A stretch of DNA of 38,162 nucleotides from Bifidobacterium breve (GTDB lineage Bacteria > Bacteroidota > Bacteroidia > Flavobacteriales > Flavobacteriaceae), in assembly GCA_943326765.2 (NCBI GenBank), contig CALPUN020000001.1:1-38162 (forward strand). The letters are read 5' to 3'. Under the pieces are notes generated by a model. That model was not told the DNA's origin, did no database searches, and saw only the letters and a list, made by a program, of their open reading frames with translations. The position numbers were made by a program, and so were the translations under genes. Shown here piece by piece: positions 27,496 through 37,623 of the stretch; position 1 is the first letter of the stretch; each line of letters begins with the position of its first letter.

Positions 27496-28632
27496 ATGCA
27501 AAAATTTGATGCTATTCGTCCGTTTTACGATTCCGAAATAAATGAAGGAATTCGTTCGTCAATAAACCATCCCATGATGAAGGCTTTGATGAATTTTACC
27601 TTTCCCGGCGTGGAAGATTCCGTATGGAAAGAACAGTTATTGAAAACGCATTCTATCCGAGATTTTCAATGCAATTTCATTTATCATTCGGTTCAAAAAG
27701 TTTTGGAAAAAAGCTCTGATGGTCTTTCGACAACTGGATTTGAAAAATTAGAAAAAAATACGGCTTACCTTTTTATATCGAACCATCGCGACATTATTTT
27801 GGATACCTCTTTGTTGAATGCCGCGCTATTTGAACATGGTTTAACCATGACTGCATCCGCAATTGGAGACAATTTGGTAAAGAAATCTTTTTTGTTAACC
27901 TTGTCCAAACTCAACAGAAACTTCCTAGTACAACGAGGGTTGTCTCCTAGAGAATTATTGCAAAGCTCCAAATTATTGGCAGAATATATCGGACAATTAT
28001 TGCTTCGCGAAAACCGATCGGTGTGGATTGCACAACGCGAAGGACGCACTAAGGACGGCAATGATGCTACCCATTCGGGCGTTTTAAAAATGCTAGCCAT
28101 GGGATCGGACGAAGCCAAATTGACCGATTATTTCAAGAAATTAAAAGTGGTTCCCGTTTCTATTTCCTACGAATACGACCCGACCGATGCTTTAAAAATG
28201 CCTCAATTAATGGCCGAAGCTAATAATGAAATTTACACCAAAGAAAAAAACGAAGATTTCATGACGCTCTTAAGCGGAATCATTGGGCAAAAGAAACACA
28301 TTCACATTCATGTAGGCGATGTGCTGAATCAAGAATTGGATTTTATCGCTGTCGAGTACGACAATACCAACAAACAAGTTCAAGCCATTGCTCAAGCCAT
28401 AGATGATTCGATTTTGAGTAGCTACCGCTTATGGCCTACAAACTATATTGCGTATGATATTTTACACAAAACCAATACGTACGCTTCACACTACACCGAA
28501 AATGAGAAGTCTCTTTTTGAACGTCGTTTAGACCTCAAGATTGACCAATCTAATCCCATTGCGCTGGAAGGTTTTTTGAACATGTATGCCAATCCGGTGG
28601 TTAACAAAGCGAAATACCAAAATGCTCACTAA
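27496..28632 (+). CDS. PlsC/GPAT-like acyltransferase
   Basis: ISNHRDIILD (HX4D) and WIAQREGRTKDG motifs. Confidence 0.9.
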   Translation: MQKFDAIRPFYDSEINEGIRSSINHPMMKALMNFTFPGVEDSVWKEQLLKTHSIRDFQCNFIYHSVQKVLEKSSDGLSTTGFEKLEKNTAYLFISNHRDIILDTSLLNAALFEHGLTMTASAIGDNLVKKSFLLTLSKLNRNFLVQRGLSPRELLQSSKLLAEYIGQLLLRENRSVWIAQREGRTKDGNDATHSGVLKMLAMGSDEAKLTDYFKKLKVVPVSISYEYDPTDALKMPQLMAEANNEIYTKEKNEDFMTLLSGIIGQKKHIHIHVGDVLNQELDFIAVEYDNTNKQVQAIAQAIDDSILSSYRLWPTNYIAYDILHKTNTYASHYTENEKSLFERRLDLKIDQSNPIALEGFLNMYANPVVNKAKYQNAH

Positions 28633-29650
28633 GCCGAACATCCTTTTGATTTATACCGGAGGAACTATCGGTATGATGAAAGATTTTGAAACGGGCGCTT
28701 TGAAAGCGTTCAACTTCAGTAAGCTTCTGGATAAAATTCCCGAATTGATTCAATTGGATTGCCATATCGAAACCCTCTCTTTCGAAAAACCCATTGATTC
28801 GTCGAATATGAACCCCAACAAGTGGGTGAAGATTGCTGCAATTATCGAAGAGAACTACACTAATTTTGACGGTTTTGTAGTGCTTCATGGTTCCGATACG
28901 ATGTCGTATTCTGCTTCGGCATTAAGTTTTATGTTGGAGAATTTGAGCAAGCCGGTCGTGTTTACCGGATCGCAATTGCCCATTGGAGATTTGCGAACGG
29001 ATGCTAAAGAGAATTTAATTACTGCGATACAAATTGCCTCCTTACAACACAAAAGCAAGCCTGTGATTCAGGAAGTATGCCTGTATTTTGAATACAAATT
29101 GTACCGGGGCAACCGAACTACAAAAATCAATGCCGAACATTTCAATGCATTTGCTTCGCCCAACTACATGCCTTTGGCCGAGTCAGGCGTGCATTTGAAG
29201 GTAAATGTGGCTAGCAATCCGCATAAATCGAACGCCAAAAAACTACTAGTGCACAAAGAACTAGATGACAATGTGGTGGTTTTAAAAATGTTTCCAGGCA
29301 TCAATGAAGCGGTATTTACCACGATTTTAGAAATACCTACTTTAAAAGGAATGGTTTTAGAAACCTATGGATCGGGCAATGCACCTACCGAGGATTGGTT
29401 TATTTTGGCTTTAAAAAAAGCAATCAAGCGGGGATTGTATATAGTGAACGTTTCACAATGTTCAGGAGGGAGTGTCAATATGGGCCAATATGAAACCAGC
29501 ACGACGCTGAAGAAAATCGGAGTAATTTCTGGGAAAGATAGTACTACGGAAGCCGCTGTTACTAAATTAATGTACCTCTTGGGTCAGAACGTGGCGCCTA
29601 ATGTGTTCAAAACCATATTCGAAACCTCACTGCGTGGAGAATTATCATAA
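28622..29650 (+). CDS. ansA: L-asparaginase type I
   Basis: IYTGGTIGM, HGSDTMSYSASAL, TGSQLPI and TTEAAVTKLMY motifs; start overlaps the upstream gene. Confidence 0.92.
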   Translation: MLTKPNILLIYTGGTIGMMKDFETGALKAFNFSKLLDKIPELIQLDCHIETLSFEKPIDSSNMNPNKWVKIAAIIEENYTNFDGFVVLHGSDTMSYSASALSFMLENLSKPVVFTGSQLPIGDLRTDAKENLITAIQIASLQHKSKPVIQEVCLYFEYKLYRGNRTTKINAEHFNAFASPNYMPLAESGVHLKVNVASNPHKSNAKKLLVHKELDDNVVVLKMFPGINEAVFTTILEIPTLKGMVLETYGSGNAPTEDWFILALKKAIKRGLYIVNVSQCSGGSVNMGQYETSTTLKKIGVISGKDSTTEAAVTKLMYLLGQNVAPNVFKTIFETSLRGELS

Positions 29651-29711
29651 AAACCTATTTTTAATTTTTGTAACTGAATTATTTTGTGGTTCTTTGCAAC
29701 CGCAAATTACT

Positions 29712-29798
29712 AGAGAGGTGTCCGAGTGGTTGAAGGAGCAAGCCTGGAAAGTTTGTATATGGGTAACTGTATCGTGGGTTCGAATCCCATCCTCTCTG
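29712..29798 (+). tRNA. tRNA-Ser(GGA)
   Basis: Acceptor stem AGAGAGG/CCTCTCT, D-loop GAGTGGTTGAA, anticodon loop CTGGAAA, long variable arm, GGTTCGAATCC T-arm; CCA not encoded. Confidence 0.96.
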
Positions 29799-29800
29799 CG

Positions 29801-29830
29801 AAAGCCAAAACAATTGTTTTGGCTTTTTTT
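29801..29830 (+). terminator. Terminator after tRNA-Ser
   Basis: AAAGCCAAAACAATTGTTTTGGCTTT palindrome plus T-run. Confidence 0.8.
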
Positions 29831-29998
29831 ATTTTTGGCTGCCCTAAAAGCAAACGTGCTTTTTAGGGAACGCCTCCTCTGAAGGGAATCCCTAGAAAGT
29901 CTGTAAAAAACCTAGTTTTACGGCGTAACTATTTTAGCAGTACTGAAATACCTAAAAACGTTCCAAAAGTTGCCGGTAAAGGAGATGATGCTGTCCCC

Positions 29999-30029
29999 AA
30001 AAAAAAAGAGCTTCCGGTTGGAAACTCTT
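29999..30029 (-). terminator. Terminator of the hemD-like gene
   Basis: Minus strand AAGAGTTTCC-AACC-GGAAGCTCTT followed by a T-run. Confidence 0.75.
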
Positions 30030-30054
30030 AGGTTTATTCTTAAAAAAAGGAGGT

Positions 30055-30813
30055 TTATTTTCCTTTGTTTGCTTCGGCAATGTATTTTTCTAAAGCCATC
30101 GTCATCGAAGGGGTTTCTGGCGTTGGAGCCAAAATATCAATTCGCAATCCGTGCTCTAAGGCTTCTTTTTGAGTGGTGCTTCCAAACACAGCAATACGAG
30201 TATTGTTTTGTTGAAAATCGGGGAAATTCATGAATAAAGATTTGATTCCGGTTGGACTAAAGAAAGCCAAAATATCGTAATATACATCGGCTAAATCGCT
30301 TAAGTCGCTCATTACGGTTTTGTAAAAAGTAGCTTGCGTCCAGTTGACTTTTAAATTATTCAAGGTTTGCGGTGCGTCAGCATTTAACTGGTCGGAAGCA
30401 GGCAACAAAAATTTCTCTTCTTTGTATTTTTTGATTAGCGGTGACATGTCAGCAAAATCTTTTTGACCTACATAAATTTTACGTTTGCGATACACTACGT
30501 ATTTTTGCAAATAGAAAGCGATGGCTTCCGACTGACAAAAATACTTCAGCCCTTCCGGAACTTTGTATCGCATTTCTTCGGCCACTCTAAAAAAGTGATC
30601 CACCGAATTCTTGCTTGTCAAGATGATTGCCGTGTAGTTGTTGAGGTCAATTTTTTGAAGGCGAACGTCTTTCGCATTTACTCCTTCAACGTGTATAAAA
30701 GGCCTGAAATCAACTTTTACTTTATGCTTTTGTTGTAGCTCAAAGTAAGGGGAATTCTCTACTTTGGGCTCCGGCTGTGACACCAAAATTGTTTTCACTT
30801 TCATATTTGACAT
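30055..30813 (-). CDS. hemD: Uroporphyrinogen-III synthase-like protein (Bacteroidota HemD family)
   Basis: VKTILVSQP, AIILTSKNSVDHFF and LAFFSPTGIKSL motifs; activity not proven. Confidence 0.8.
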   Translation of the reverse strand: MSNMKVKTILVSQPEPKVENSPYFELQQKHKVKVDFRPFIHVEGVNAKDVRLQKIDLNNYTAIILTSKNSVDHFFRVAEEMRYKVPEGLKYFCQSEAIAFYLQKYVVYRKRKIYVGQKDFADMSPLIKKYKEEKFLLPASDQLNADAPQTLNNLKVNWTQATFYKTVMSDLSDLADVYYDILAFFSPTGIKSLFMNFPDFQQNNTRIAVFGSTTQKEALEHGLRIDILAPTPETPSMTMALEKYIAEANKGK

Positions 30814-30824
30814 TTTCTAATATG

Positions 30825-31490
30825 CTAACTTTTTGTAAACCAATAATACATAAAATAGTAGGGCGCTATTTCAAGTGCGCAAAGATATAAAATAAAATAA
30901 AACAACTTACCAAATAGAAAATTTTGATAAATCTTCAATGAAACCAAATAAGTTAGCAAGTTTGTTATTAAAACAATACTAATAAAGAAGTATATTAAGA
31001 ATTTGGACGGATCTACTACATAAAACAAGATGATGTCGATTGGCAAGAGTAGGAGTCCAATATAGGTTCTAAAGCTTACTTTCTGTAAATTGAACTGTTC
31101 TGTGAATTCTTCGATATTAAAAGAAGTGGCAATAATCTTTTCAATTAGAAATTTGGAAAGGACAAATACCATCAGAAAGGTAAGAATTTGAATAAAAAAG
31201 ATACTGTCCGTTTTGGAGCCAAATCCAAAATAACTCAACGTTAATTGAATAAAAAAAGCAAACGAAATCAGTTGTGCCAAAAATAGAATGATGGTAAAGC
31301 CGCTCCACAAATAAGAAGAATCCCGATACATTTTGAGATACTTGTCAGAGACGATTAGCTTCATAAAATCGCTAAACCGTGCCTCAAATGCCGATTTTGT
31401 AACAGCAATCAATACAAAAGTAAGAACAAAGATAATGGTGGCCCAATCTTTAGCTTCAATAGTTCGAGGATGCAATACCAATTCAATCAT
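30825..31490 (-). CDS. DUF4271-like membrane protein
   Basis: Multi-TM; C-terminal FYFILYLCALEIAP; adjacent to the hemD-like gene as recalled for Bacteroidota. Confidence 0.8.
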   Translation of the reverse strand: MIELVLHPRTIEAKDWATIIFVLTFVLIAVTKSAFEARFSDFMKLIVSDKYLKMYRDSSYLWSGFTIILFLAQLISFAFFIQLTLSYFGFGSKTDSIFFIQILTFLMVFVLSKFLIEKIIATSFNIEEFTEQFNLQKVSFRTYIGLLLLPIDIILFYVVDPSKFLIYFFISIVLITNLLTYLVSLKIYQNFLFGKLFYFILYLCALEIAPYYFMYYWFTKS

Positions 31491-31497
31491 AACGTCA

Positions 31498-31505
31498 CAA
31501 AATTA
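31498..31505 (-). promoter_or_regulatory. -7 promoter element
   Basis: TAATTTTG on the minus strand just upstream of ATG 31490. Confidence 0.55.
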
Positions 31506-31629
31506 CTAAAATTTGTGGCACTTTTGTTCGTGGATTAGGATTATATTCAAGTAGTGGCTTTTGCAGATTTAAAATCAAACAAACGGCTATTATTATCGTT
31601 TTATTAAGAAGTAACTCCGGTAAAAAGTT

Positions 31630-31637
31630 TATTTTTG
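31630..31637 (+). promoter_or_regulatory. -7 promoter element
   Basis: TATTTTTG 21 nt upstream of ATG 31659. Confidence 0.55.
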
Positions 31638-31658
31638 TCCCGTAATTGATTGTTTACT

Positions 31659-32384
31659 ATGAGCGACGGTATTGTAATTATTCCCACATTTAACGAAATT
31701 GAAAACATAGAAAGTATCGTGAGAGCGGTATTTACGTTGCATAAATCGTTTGATGTACTAATCGTAGATGACAATTCTCCAGATGGCACTGCCGACAAAG
31801 TACTGGCTTTGCAACAAGAATTTAAAAACCGCTTGTTTCTTGAAAAACGAAATAAAAAATCGGGTTTAGGAACCGCTTATGTGCACGGATTTAAATGGGC
31901 TCTAGCAAAAAACTACGATTATATTTTCGAAATGGATGCTGATTTTTCTCACAATCCCAACGATTTAGAAAAATTATATGAGGCTTGTCATTTTGGGGAA
32001 GCGGATCTGGCGATAGGTTCTCGTTACGTTACTGGGGTTAATGTAGTGAACTGGCCTTTAAGTAGGGTGCTAATGTCCTATTTTGCTTCGGTTTATGTCA
32101 AATGGATTACCGGTATGAAAATTCACGATGCCACAGCGGGTTTTATATGTTACAAACGCAACACGCTGGAAGCGATTGACATCACGAAAATTCAATTTAT
32201 TGGCTATGCTTTTCAAATTGAAATGAAATACCGAGCTTTCGCCAAAACACTTCAAATCGTTGAGGTACCCATTATCTTTACCGACCGAACCAAAGGGCAA
32301 TCCAAAATGAGTAATGCCATTATTAAAGAGGCAGTACTGGGTGTGATTTCACTCCGAATCCGAAACTTATTTAATCGTTTATAA
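31659..32384 (+). CDS. Polyprenol monophosphomannose synthase (GT2, Dpm1-like)
   Basis: IIPTFNEIEN, VDDNSPDGT, GLGTAY, EMDADFSH and GSRYV motifs. Confidence 0.92.
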   Translation: MSDGIVIIPTFNEIENIESIVRAVFTLHKSFDVLIVDDNSPDGTADKVLALQQEFKNRLFLEKRNKKSGLGTAYVHGFKWALAKNYDYIFEMDADFSHNPNDLEKLYEACHFGEADLAIGSRYVTGVNVVNWPLSRVLMSYFASVYVKWITGMKIHDATAGFICYKRNTLEAIDITKIQFIGYAFQIEMKYRAFAKTLQIVEVPIIFTDRTKGQSKMSNAIIKEAVLGVISLRIRNLFNRL

Positions 32385-32393
32385 GCACACACA

Positions 32394-33734
32394 ATGAACA
32401 GAATTTTAATCAAAAATGCAAAAATCGTCAACGAAGGAATTATTTTCGAAGGAGATGTTTTGATTGAAGATGAGTTTATTGTAGAAATCAGAGATAATAT
32501 CAGCGTAAAATCGGGTGAGACAAAAATTATCGATGCCGAAGGAAACTACCTAATTCCTGGCGCAATTGACGACCAAGTTCATTTTAGAGAACCGGGATTA
32601 ACCCATAAAGGCGATATTGCTTCCGAGTCTAAAGCGGCAATAGCTGGCGGAATCACGTCTTTTATTGAACAACCCAACACCATTCCAAATGCTGTTACTC
32701 AAGATTTATTAGAAGCCAAATACCAAATAGCGGCCAAACAATCCTACGCCAATTATTCTTTTATGATGGGGGTTACCAATACTAATTTAGAGGAAGTTTT
32801 GAAAACTAATCCCAAGAATGTCGCGGGTCTAAAAATATTCTTAGGATCCTCAACGGGAAATATGTTGGTAGATGACGACGCCGTTTTGGAAAAGTTGTTT
32901 TCAGCTACCGATTTATTGATAGCCGTGCATTGCGAAGACGAACAAACCATCAAAAATAATTTAGAAAAATACCAATTAGAATACGGGGAAGAGATTCCGG
33001 TAACAATGCACCATTTAATCCGAAGCGAGGAAGCCTGTTATCGTTCTTCTTCAAAAACGATTGCTTTGGCAAAAAAAACAGGGGCAAGGCTGCATATTTT
33101 TCATTTGTCTACAGCCAAAGAGATGGAGTTGTTTACTAATAAGATTCCGTTGAAAGAAAAAAGAATTACTGCGGAAGTTTGTATTCACCATTTGTGGTTT
33201 ACCAACGACGATTATGCAACTAAAGGAAATTTTATTAAGTGGAACCCGGCTATAAAAACCAGTAAAGACCGAGAGGCACTTTGGAAAGCCTTGTTAGACG
33301 ATCGAATTGATGTCATTGCCACGGATCATGCTCCTCATACCTTGGAAGAAAAGCAACAATCCTATTTGAAGGCACCGGCAGGAGGCCCGTTAGTGCAACA
33401 CGCAGTAGTGGCGATGTTTGAAGCGCATTTACAAGGAAAAATTTCTATTGAAAAAATTGTAGAAAAGATGGCGCACAATCCGGCCATTCTCTTTAAAATC
33501 GAAAAAAGAGGTTTTATTAAAGAAGGCTATTATGCTGATTTGGTCATCGTAAATCCTGGATTGCCGTGGAATGTGAAAAAAGAAAACATTCTCTACAAAT
33601 GCGGTTGGAGCCCTTTTGAAGGCGTTACCTTTAAATCGAGAATCACGCACACTTTTGTCAACGGGCAATTGGTGTATAATAATTTTAAAGTCAACAAAAT
33701 TCGAGCTGGGAAACGATTGCTTTTTGACCGATAA
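32394..33734 (+). CDS. pyrC: Dihydroorotase
   Basis: PGAIDDQVHFREPG, VHCED, KWNPAIK and ATDHAPH motifs. Confidence 0.92.
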   Translation: MNRILIKNAKIVNEGIIFEGDVLIEDEFIVEIRDNISVKSGETKIIDAEGNYLIPGAIDDQVHFREPGLTHKGDIASESKAAIAGGITSFIEQPNTIPNAVTQDLLEAKYQIAAKQSYANYSFMMGVTNTNLEEVLKTNPKNVAGLKIFLGSSTGNMLVDDDAVLEKLFSATDLLIAVHCEDEQTIKNNLEKYQLEYGEEIPVTMHHLIRSEEACYRSSSKTIALAKKTGARLHIFHLSTAKEMELFTNKIPLKEKRITAEVCIHHLWFTNDDYATKGNFIKWNPAIKTSKDREALWKALLDDRIDVIATDHAPHTLEEKQQSYLKAPAGGPLVQHAVVAMFEAHLQGKISIEKIVEKMAHNPAILFKIEKRGFIKEGYYADLVIVNPGLPWNVKKENILYKCGWSPFEGVTFKSRITHTFVNGQLVYNNFKVNKIRAGKRLLFDR

Positions 33735-33746
33735 ACTTTTATTTCT

Positions 33747-34148
33747 ATGAAAAAAACAGCTTTTTTAGTAAGTTTCATACTCCTTTTTGCTAGTTGTACG
33801 ACTAAGGAGATTAAAAAGCCTAACAAATTGATTGAAGAAGATAAAATGATCAATATTATCTACGATTTGTCGTTGTTGGAAGCCATAAAATCTAGAAATC
33901 CTTATGCTCCCGAGAATCAAGGATTGAAATCCAAAGAGTTTGTTTACAAGAAATACCACATCGACAGTTTGCAATATGCACAAAACAATCAATATTATGC
34001 CTTGCAAATTGATCGCTATAAAAAGATGTACGATAAAGTAAACGAGCGGATCCAAGCACAAAAAAAAATAACGGACGAGCAGTTAAAGAAAAGTTACGGC
34101 GCTCAAAAAGGTACGCCTCCAGTGAATGATTTGCCGCAGGTAAAATAA
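33747..34148 (+). CDS. DUF4296-like lipoprotein
   Basis: Lipobox LFASC; KPNKLIEEDKMINIIYDL and VYKKYHIDSLQY motifs. Confidence 0.8.
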   Translation: MKKTAFLVSFILLFASCTTKEIKKPNKLIEEDKMINIIYDLSLLEAIKSRNPYAPENQGLKSKEFVYKKYHIDSLQYAQNNQYYALQIDRYKKMYDKVNERIQAQKKITDEQLKKSYGAQKGTPPVNDLPQVK

Positions 34149-35156
34149 TTACGTTCGATTTTTAGGATAAGCACTTCCCAGTTTTAGGACATATTCTAAT
34201 CCGTATTCAAATTCAAAAGGGAAAGCACCTTTTCTTTTTTCGTTCGAATATACGGTGGTCTGGTGCAGCGAATGCGCCAAGATTCTGCTCAATTTCCTTT
34301 TCTTTCCAAATACGAATGCCGTTACGACATCCCATCTCCAATAGAGTTCAGTTAGCCAAGGTTGGGCATAGCGCATTTTGGTGTTCAGTTGAAGTCCGTT
34401 GCGAATCGTTTCTAATAGTTTTTCATAAGAAACCGTTTCCGATACGATGATAAATCTTTCGCTAGAAATCGAGCTGTTCATCAAGAAATACATCGATTTT
34501 ACCACGTCGTTTACAGAAACTATTCCTGTTGTTCCTTTGGTGTAAAAAGGAAAACCATTAGCCATTTGTTTGAAAAGCAAACCGCTTCCCGAATTCCAAA
34601 ACCCAGGCCCTAGAATGATTCCAGGATTCAGAATGACACTGTTTAAGCCTTCTTGTTGTCCTCGCCAGAGTTCCATTTCGGCGCCATATTTTGAAATGGC
34701 ATAATCGCTATGAGAAACTTCTGGATTCCATTCGGTAGTTTCTGAAACCGTAGTTTCATATTCTTTCAAATCGCCTAAAGCGGCAATTGAACTAACGTGA
34801 CACAGTTTTTTAATGTGGTGTGCGAGACAAAAATTTACAATGTTGGCGGTGCCTTCAATATTGGTTTTTCGAAGTAGTTTTTCGTCCTTGGGGTCAAAGG
34901 AAATACAAGCAGCGCAATGGTACACTTGCTGGATTTTGTCAAATGCCAATTCCAAAGCAAATACATCAGTAATGTCGGCAAGAACCCAATCGATGCTATC
35001 AAATAAAGCACTCTTATGGTAGTAGTCAAAGAGCGCTTTTGTTTTTTGGAGCGATGCAGGATTGCGATAAATGGCCCGAACGTTTTCATTTTGTTCTAAC
35101 AAAAGAATGACGAGATGGGAGCCGACCAAACCTGTTGCGCCTGTTACTAATACCAT
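34149..35156 (-). CDS. NAD-dependent epimerase/dehydratase (extended SDR)
   Basis: VTGATGLVG, HCAA and YAISK motifs. Confidence 0.92.
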   Translation of the reverse strand: MVLVTGATGLVGSHLVILLLEQNENVRAIYRNPASLQKTKALFDYYHKSALFDSIDWVLADITDVFALELAFDKIQQVYHCAACISFDPKDEKLLRKTNIEGTANIVNFCLAHHIKKLCHVSSIAALGDLKEYETTVSETTEWNPEVSHSDYAISKYGAEMELWRGQQEGLNSVILNPGIILGPGFWNSGSGLLFKQMANGFPFYTKGTTGIVSVNDVVKSMYFLMNSSISSERFIIVSETVSYEKLLETIRNGLQLNTKMRYAQPWLTELYWRWDVVTAFVFGKKRKLSRILAHSLHQTTVYSNEKRKGAFPFEFEYGLEYVLKLGSAYPKNRT

Positions 35157-35221
35157 TTGGTAAAGATACTGAGTTTGTTCGATTTTTGGAATATTCGATT
35201 TTCAAATTCTACAATTAAAAC

Positions 35222-35229
35222 TATCTTTG
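35222..35229 (+). promoter_or_regulatory. -7 promoter element of tyrS
   Basis: TATCTTTG 18 nt upstream of ATG 35248. Confidence 0.65.
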
Positions 35230-35247
35230 TCGAAATTGAACGGACAA

Positions 35248-36543
35248 ATGAAAAATATTATTGCAGAATTACAATGGCGTGGCTTGGTTCATGACATCAT
35301 GCCGGGAACGGAAGAACAATTGTTGAAAGAAATGACCACGACTTATATCGGATTTGACCCAACGTCGGATTCACTGCATATTGGAAGTTTGGTGCCGATA
35401 ATTCTGCTTGTACATTTGAAAAACTTTGGCCACAAACCCATCGCTTTGGTGGGTGGTGCTACCGGAATGATTGGCGATCCTTCTGGAAAATCAGACGAAC
35501 GTAATTTGTTGGACGAAGCGACATTGAACCATAATGTTGCTGGAATCAAAAGGGTTTTGTCGCATTTTTTGGATTTTAATGCCGCCAATGCCAATGCTCC
35601 AATACTAGTAAACAATTACGATTGGATGAAAACGTTTACCTTCATTGATTTTGCTCGTGAAGTAGGACAACGCATCACGGTCAATTATATGATGGCCAAA
35701 GATTCTGTGAAGAAACGGTTGGCAGGTGATGGCGAAGGAATGTCGTTTACAGAGTTTACCTACCAATTGATTCAAGGCTACGATTTTTATCATTTGCACA
35801 AAGAATATCATTGTTTGCTCCAAATGGGCGGCAGCGATCAGTGGGGTAATATTACGACAGGAACCGAATTGGTGCGCCGCATGAATCCCGAAGGTGCTAA
35901 AGCATTTGCGATGACTTGCCCTTTGATTACCAAAGCCGATGGTTCTAAATTTGGAAAATCGGAAGGCGGTAATATTTGGTTGGATGCCGACAAGACTTCG
36001 GTGTATAAATTTTACCAATTTTGGTTGAATACGACCGATGTCGATGCCGAAAAATACATTAAGATATTCACTTTTTTAGACAAAGAAACGATTGACGGTT
36101 TGATTGCCGCGCATCACGAAGCACCTCATTTGAGAGTATTGCAACGCAAATTAGCCGAAGAAGTAACCGTGTTAGTGCATTCGAAAAATGATTTAGAAAA
36201 AGCGATTCAAGCTTCTGCTATTTTGTTTGGGAATGCTACTTCCGACGATTTGAAACAATTGGATGCGGCTACTTTTTTAGAAGTTTTCGAAGGCGTACCT
36301 CAAGCAGAAATCGCAAAAGCAGATCTTGAAAACGGATTGGATATCGTTTCGGTCTTGAATGAAAAAACGGGTTTTTTAAAATCGAATGGGGAAGCCCGAC
36401 GAGCATTGGCGGAAAACTCTATTGCTGTGAATAAAGAAAAAGTAACGGAAGAATTTGTGCTCACTCCGAAGGATTTGATTAATGATCAGTTTGTGTTGCT
36501 GCAACGAGGCAAGAAAAACTATTTTGTATTGAGGATTTTTTAA
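35248..36543 (+). CDS. tyrS: Tyrosine--tRNA ligase
   Basis: [25 protein letters not shown] and KFGKS motifs; C-terminal S4-like domain. Confidence 0.98.
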   Translation: MKNIIAELQWRGLVHDIMPGTEEQLLKEMTTTYIGFDPTSDSLHIGSLVPIILLVHLKNFGHKPIALVGGATGMIGDPSGKSDERNLLDEATLNHNVAGIKRVLSHFLDFNAANANAPILVNNYDWMKTFTFIDFAREVGQRITVNYMMAKDSVKKRLAGDGEGMSFTEFTYQLIQGYDFYHLHKEYHCLLQMGGSDQWGNITTGTELVRRMNPEGAKAFAMTCPLITKADGSKFGKSEGGNIWLDADKTSVYKFYQFWLNTTDVDAEKYIKIFTFLDKETIDGLIAAHHEAPHLRVLQRKLAEEVTVLVHSKNDLEKAIQASAILFGNATSDDLKQLDAATFLEVFEGVPQAEIAKADLENGLDIVSVLNEKTGFLKSNGEARRALAENSIAVNKEKVTEEFVLTPKDLINDQFVLLQRGKKNYFVLRIF

Positions 36544-36562
36544 TTATCAATTAGCAATTGAT

Positions 36563-37543
36563 TCAAATTACCATCAAATTACAACCCCGAATATCGCTGT
36601 TATCAAAACGTCCCAAGACTTCGAAAGTTGTGTTGGGATTTTTTTTGCCCAAATCCTGCGTGGCAATAAAAGAACATGAATTGATATTGGCCAAGTCAAT
36701 AACGTTGATGCCACCTGTTTTTCCGTTTTCGATATAGGAAAGCGCATCTTCAGTATCTCGGATGAAGACTTGCATCCAAGGCGGACATTCGAAAACCCCA
36801 TTGCCTATGGAATAGGCTTGGGACAGGAGTTCGGTCATGCCGTATTCGGAATGGATGGCGTTGACCCCAAAACCTTGACACAACAGTTCGTGTAGTTCTT
36901 CTCGAATGAGTTCTTTGCGCTTGCCTTTCATACCGCCTGTTTCCATAATGATGGTATTCTTTAATTGAAATTGGTGAGTTTCCATCAAATCCAATAACGC
37001 ATAGGTAACGCCAATTAAAATCACATTGGTTTCTGATTGGTCTAAGGCAATCAGTTTTTGGGTGAGTTCGTCGTAATTGTGCAGGTAAAACCCACTATCG
37101 GGATGGTTTGACTTTGCTATTAAATCGGTTACCATATAAATTAACGAGGAACCGTCGCGCTCTAAATAGGAGGGCAGTAAGGCGAGAATCACATAGTCTT
37201 CGATGTTTCCATAAAATTCAGAAAATCCTTTTCGGTAACTTTCTTCATACAAAGTCACATCGGTTACCAAATGCTTGCTGGCGCTTATGCCTGTGGTTCC
37301 GCTGCTCGTGAAGGTTTGTTGGACAGTATCCTTAGCACTGACTACGGTATGACTTTTAAAAAATTGAATGGGAAGAAACGGAATTTGCGGCAACGCTTTT
37401 ACCGACTGCTTTTCGACGTTCAAATGCTGACAAAATTCGCGATATACCGTATTGTTATCGTATTGAAAGCGGAAAACTTTCAACGCAATTTTTTCAAATT
37501 GTTTGCTACTTGAAATCGAAAATATATCGGAATGGGGAATCAA
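36563..37543 (-). CDS. LuxE/PaaK-like acyl-protein synthetase (acyl transferase)
   Basis: FTSSGTTG, METGGMKG, SEYGMTEL, ATQDLG and FEVLGRFDNSDIRGC motifs; likely TTG start at 37543 downstream of TACTTTTG (37564-37557). Confidence 0.85.
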   Translation of the reverse strand: MIPHSDIFSISSSKQFEKIALKVFRFQYDNNTVYREFCQHLNVEKQSVKALPQIPFLPIQFFKSHTVVSAKDTVQQTFTSSGTTGISASKHLVTDVTLYEESYRKGFSEFYGNIEDYVILALLPSYLERDGSSLIYMVTDLIAKSNHPDSGFYLHNYDELTQKLIALDQSETNVILIGVTYALLDLMETHQFQLKNTIIMETGGMKGKRKELIREELHELLCQGFGVNAIHSEYGMTELLSQAYSIGNGVFECPPWMQVFIRDTEDALSYIENGKTGGINVIDLANINSCSFIATQDLGKKNPNTTFEVLGRFDNSDIRGCNLMVI

Positions 37544-37571
37544 GGAATCTTTTTTACAAAAGTAACGAAAT

Positions 37572-37604
37572 AAAAAAAACTCCAACTTTTCAGTTGGAGT
37601 TTTT
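37572..37604 (-). terminator. Intrinsic terminator of the T9SS cargo gene
   Basis: AAAAACTCCAACT-TTTC-AGTTGGAGTTTTT hairpin with an A8 run. Confidence 0.85.
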
Positions 37605-37623
37605 ACTGTATTTTAAAAAGAGC

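Noticed and set aside
29712-30054. Integrated element at tRNA-Ser
   Set aside because: No integrase and no duplicated tRNA 3' end seen in the window.
36563-37543. Bioluminescence (lux) operon
   Set aside because: No luciferase or other lux genes nearby.
4265-37585. Longest-ORF starts for nuoF (4309), aspS (10173), tolC (16959), tetR (17524), polyprenyl synthase (17627), sucA (20287), protease (26594), ansA (28586), tyrS (35227), luxE-like (37585)
   Set aside because: Extensions overlap neighbouring genes, promoters or terminators, or lack family similarity; downstream starts fit better.
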